A stretch of 64,000 bases of DNA from Octopus bimaculoides. Its lineage: Eukaryota. Below, in pieces: positions 60,627 to 64,000 of this stretch (position 1 is the stretch's first letter; the number at the start of each line of letters is the position of its first letter). Location: positions 68,243,841-68,307,840 of the forward strand of contig NC_068983.1 in the NCBI RefSeq assembly GCF_001194135.2. Reading direction: 5' to 3'. A program made the position numbers and the translations under genes. The notes beneath the pieces were generated by a model. That model ran no database searches. It had not been told where the DNA came from and worked only from the letters and a program-made list of their open reading frames with translations.

Positions 60627-62102
60627 GTTGGTCAATGAGGAAACTTGGGATAGAAGAATGGTTAGTGAGAGCTGTGCGAGCCATGTACAGAGATGCTGCC
60701 AGTAAGGTGAGGGTTGGAAATGAGTACAGCAATGAATTCCGGGTAGAGGTAGGGGTCCACCAAGGTTCCGTCCTCAGCCCCCTATTATTTACCATAGTCC
60801 TCCAGGCAATCACAGAGGAGTTCAAGACAGGTTGCCCCTGGGAGCTCCTCTATGCTGATGACCTTGCCCTAATTGCGGAGTCACTATCAGAACTAGAGGA
60901 GAAGTTTCAGGTGTGGAAGCAAGGTCTAGAATTGAAGGGCCTTAGAGTCAACCTAGCTAAAACCAAAATCCTAATAAGTAGGAAGGTAGATAAAACACAA
61001 NNNNNNNNNNNNNNNNNNNNNNNNNNNNNNNNNNNNNNNNNNNNNNNNNNNNNNNNNNNNNNNNNNNNNNNNNNNNNNNNNNNNNNNNNNNNNNNNNNNN
61101 NNNNNNNNNNNNNNNNNNNNNNNNNNNNNNNNNNNNNNNNNNNNNNNNNNNNNNNNNNNNNNNNNNNNNNNNNNNNNNNNNNNNNNNNNNNNNNNNNNNN
61201 NNNNNNNNNNNNNNNNNNNNNNNNNNNNNNNNNNNNNNNNNNNNNNNNNNNNNNNNNNNNNNNNNNNNNNNNNNNNNNNNNNNNNNNNNNNNNNNNNNNN
61301 NNNNNNNNNNNNNNNNNNNNNNNNNNNNNNNNNNNNNNNNNNNNNNNNNNNNNNNNNNNNNNNNNNNNNNNNNNNNNNNNNNNNNNNNNNNNNNNNNNNN
61401 NNNNNNNNNNNNNNNNNNNNNNNNNNNNNNNNNNNNNNNNNNNNNNNNNNNNNNNNNNNNNNNNNNNNNNNNNNNNNNNNNNNNNNNNNNNNNNNNNNNN
61501 NNNNNNNNNNNNNNNNNNNNNNNNNNNNNNNNNNNNNNNNNNNNNNNNNNNNNNNNNNNNNNNNNNNNNNNNNNNNNNNNNNNNNNNNNNNNNNNNNNNN
61601 NNNNNNNNNNNNNNNNNNNNNNNNNNNNNNNNNNNNNNNNNNNNNNNNNNNNNNNNNNNNNNNNNNNNNNNNNNNNNNNNNNNNNNNNNNNNNNNNNNNN
61701 NNNNNNNNNNNNNNNNNNNNNNNNNNNNNNNNNNNNNNNNNNNNNNNNNNNNNNNNNNNNNNNNNNNNNNNNNNNNNNNNNNNNNNNNNNNNNNNNNNNN
61801 NNNNNNNNNNNNNNNNNNNNNNNNNNNNNNNNNNNNNNNNNNNNNNNNNNNNNNNNNNNNNNNNNNNNNNNNNNNNNNNNNNGGCACATAAAAGACACCA
61901 TTTCGAGCGTGGCCGTTTTCGTGCGGGTGACACGTAAAAGCACCCACTACACTCTCTGAGTGGTTGGCGTTAGGAAGGGCATCCAGCTGTAGAAACTCTG
62001 CCAAATCGGACTGGAGCCTGGTGTTGCCATCCGGTTTCACCAGTCCTCAGTCAAATCGTCCAACCCATGCTAGCATGGAAAGCGGACGTTAAACGATGAT
62101 GA

Positions 62103-62105
<3 letters not shown>
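60627..62105 (+). mobile_element. 5'-truncated RTE LINE spanning an N gap
   Basis: WSMRKLGIEEWLVR...GVHQGSVLSP...LLYADDL, then a gap, then 3'UTR and (GAT)n tail. Confidence 0.85.
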
Positions 62106-62136
<31 letters not shown>

Positions 62137-63149
62137 GCATATGCATATATATATATATATACTTATATATATATATGTGCGTGTGTGTGTATATACATAA
62201 ATGTATACATGCATATATATATATATATATACAAGTATATATAGAGGAGGGATATAATATCCAAACAGATACTGAATTTTCCTGAGTAAAATGCCAAGGC
62301 TGGTTCCTTCTGATGGTGCATTTTTTGGTAATCTTCATTTAACTCCCATTCAATGTTTCAGTTTATTTCTTAGCAACTTAGGGTATAAAGTATAATATTC
62401 ATAATAAGGAGAATGAAGAATACGAACATTCAAACTTTGTTTATTTCCAGTTAGTTTATTCATAATAATAGTCTGACATGTTTAGATCGCACCAACTGCA
62501 TGTTGTTGCATATTCACATGCAGCAATTTATGCACTATTAGTATGATCTCCTCAGGGCAGATAAGTATGACATTACTCAAAAGAAGAATTTTCCTTCGCT
62601 ATTAGTTAGAATTATGCTTGGTAGTGGTAGTAAACCATGACATTCTTCTATGTGATGTTTTTCTCAACTGTTTGTATGGGTAAAATTCAGTAGCAGCAAC
62701 AATGTTTGTTAAAGTTAGCAAATGTTCTTGGCTAGGCAAGGAGTAGTTACTTATAGACTACTTATTTTTTATTGATTCTACATACTTTAGTCAGAAGGCA
62801 TTTTGATGGATTTCAGAATTGATTATGTTATTCGAATTTTGTGAAGGTTATTAATAGTAGTAGTGGATAATTACTAAGCAGTAAGAACCATGTGGTTATT
62901 AAAAAGAAATAGTCAGCTGTATTATAAATTTTTCTTATTATTGTTTTAAGATGTTTTTAGGTTATATTATCTATAAGCTTATAAATTGAATTCTATTCCT
63001 ATATCCTTTATATGAATCTTTATTATTATAGTTATACTCAGAGCAAAAAGTTTATTGAAATTATATAAATTAATGCATTCTATTATTTTTTTTTTTTAAA
63101 GAAAATGTTTATATAAGCAGTTAAAACGTCTTTCTTATGACTATTATGC

Positions 63150-63187
<38 letters not shown>

Positions 63188-63295
63188 GTAACAACAAAAG
63201 AATGAGACCTCAATATTAGATAAATAGGGGATTATTTATATATGTTATAATTTAGAACAAACAGTAAAAGGTTGTCTAGTACTCAGTATATATCT

Positions 63296-63397
63296 CATCA
63301 TCATCATCATCATCATCGTTTAACGTCCGCTTTCCATGCTAGCATGGGTTGGACGATTTGACTGAGGACTGGTGAAACCGGATGGCAACACCAGGCT
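63296..63397 (-). mobile_element. Very short RTE 3' end
   Basis: (CAT)n followed by CGTTTAACGTCCGCTTTCCATGCTAGC. Confidence 0.8.
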
Positions 63398-64000
63398 GAA
63401 CACACGAGTAGATATATATGGAAAAAAGACAAAGTAGAAAATGCTAAAATACTTTTATAAAGAACATTACAGAACCGGTTTCGATCCTTGAGATCTTTTC
63501 AACAGTAAATATGAATAATAGATTTTTGAAAAATTATTGAAAAATTAGATTTTGGTAAATTTAAAAGAAAAGTCTTTTTAAAGACATATTTGTATANNNN
63601 NNNNNNNNNNNNNNNNNNNNNNNNNNNNNNNNNNNNNNNNNNNNNNNNNNNNNNNNNNNNNNNNNNNNNNNNNNNNNNNNNNNNNNNNNNNNNNNNNNNN
63701 NNNNNNNNNNNNNNNNNNNNNNNNNNNNNNNNNNNNNNNNNNNNNNNNNNNNNNNNNNNNNNNNNNNNNNNNNNNNNNNNNNNNNNNNNNNNNNNNNNNN
63801 NNNNNNNNNNNNNNNNNNNNNNNNNNNNNNNNNNNNNNNNNNNNNNNNNNNNNNNNNNNNNNNNNNNNNNNNNNNNNNNNNNNNNNNNNNNNNNNNNNNN
63901 NNNNNNNNNNNNNNNNNNNNNNNNNNNNNNNNNNNNNNNNNNNNNNNNNNNNNNNNNNNNNNNNNNNNNNNNNNNNNNNNNNNNNNNNNNNNNNTACCAG

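Overview
AT-rich, repeat-dense animal genomic DNA from a gapped draft assembly with many N runs. The SINE/RTE repeat landscape and (TA)n/(GAT)n tracts suggest an octopus or other coleoid cephalopod (inference). Three protein-coding genes are supported by manual spliced reconstruction. (1) The 5' half of DROSHA on the minus strand (Pro-rich and RS/RD-rich N-terminus through the RKKRHPYRLHEELWYNDPGE motif; the gene continues beyond position 1). (2) A complete RABGGTB (Rab geranylgeranyltransferase beta) on the plus strand, 10 coding exons and about 332 aa, head-to-head with DROSHA. (3) An intact single-exon pogo/Tigger-derived (TIGD/Jerky/CENP-B-like) ORF, probably domesticated. The rest is transposon-derived: RTE LINEs and many of their 3' ends, tRNA-derived SINEs (two with clear TSDs), a dead mariner, mariner and hAT MITEs, Penelope-like GIY-YIG and pseudo-LTR pieces with hammerhead-ribozyme cores, and an REL-type LINE relic. 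The most unusual observations are a fully paired, pri-miRNA-sized hairpin with a telomeric, G-quadruplex-capable loop inside the predicted DROSHA pre-mRNA (one of a local family of such foldbacks), a near-intact type I hammerhead candidate at about 55.0 kb, and candidate alternative DROSHA exons. No databases or folding programs were run; homology calls come from recalled motifs.
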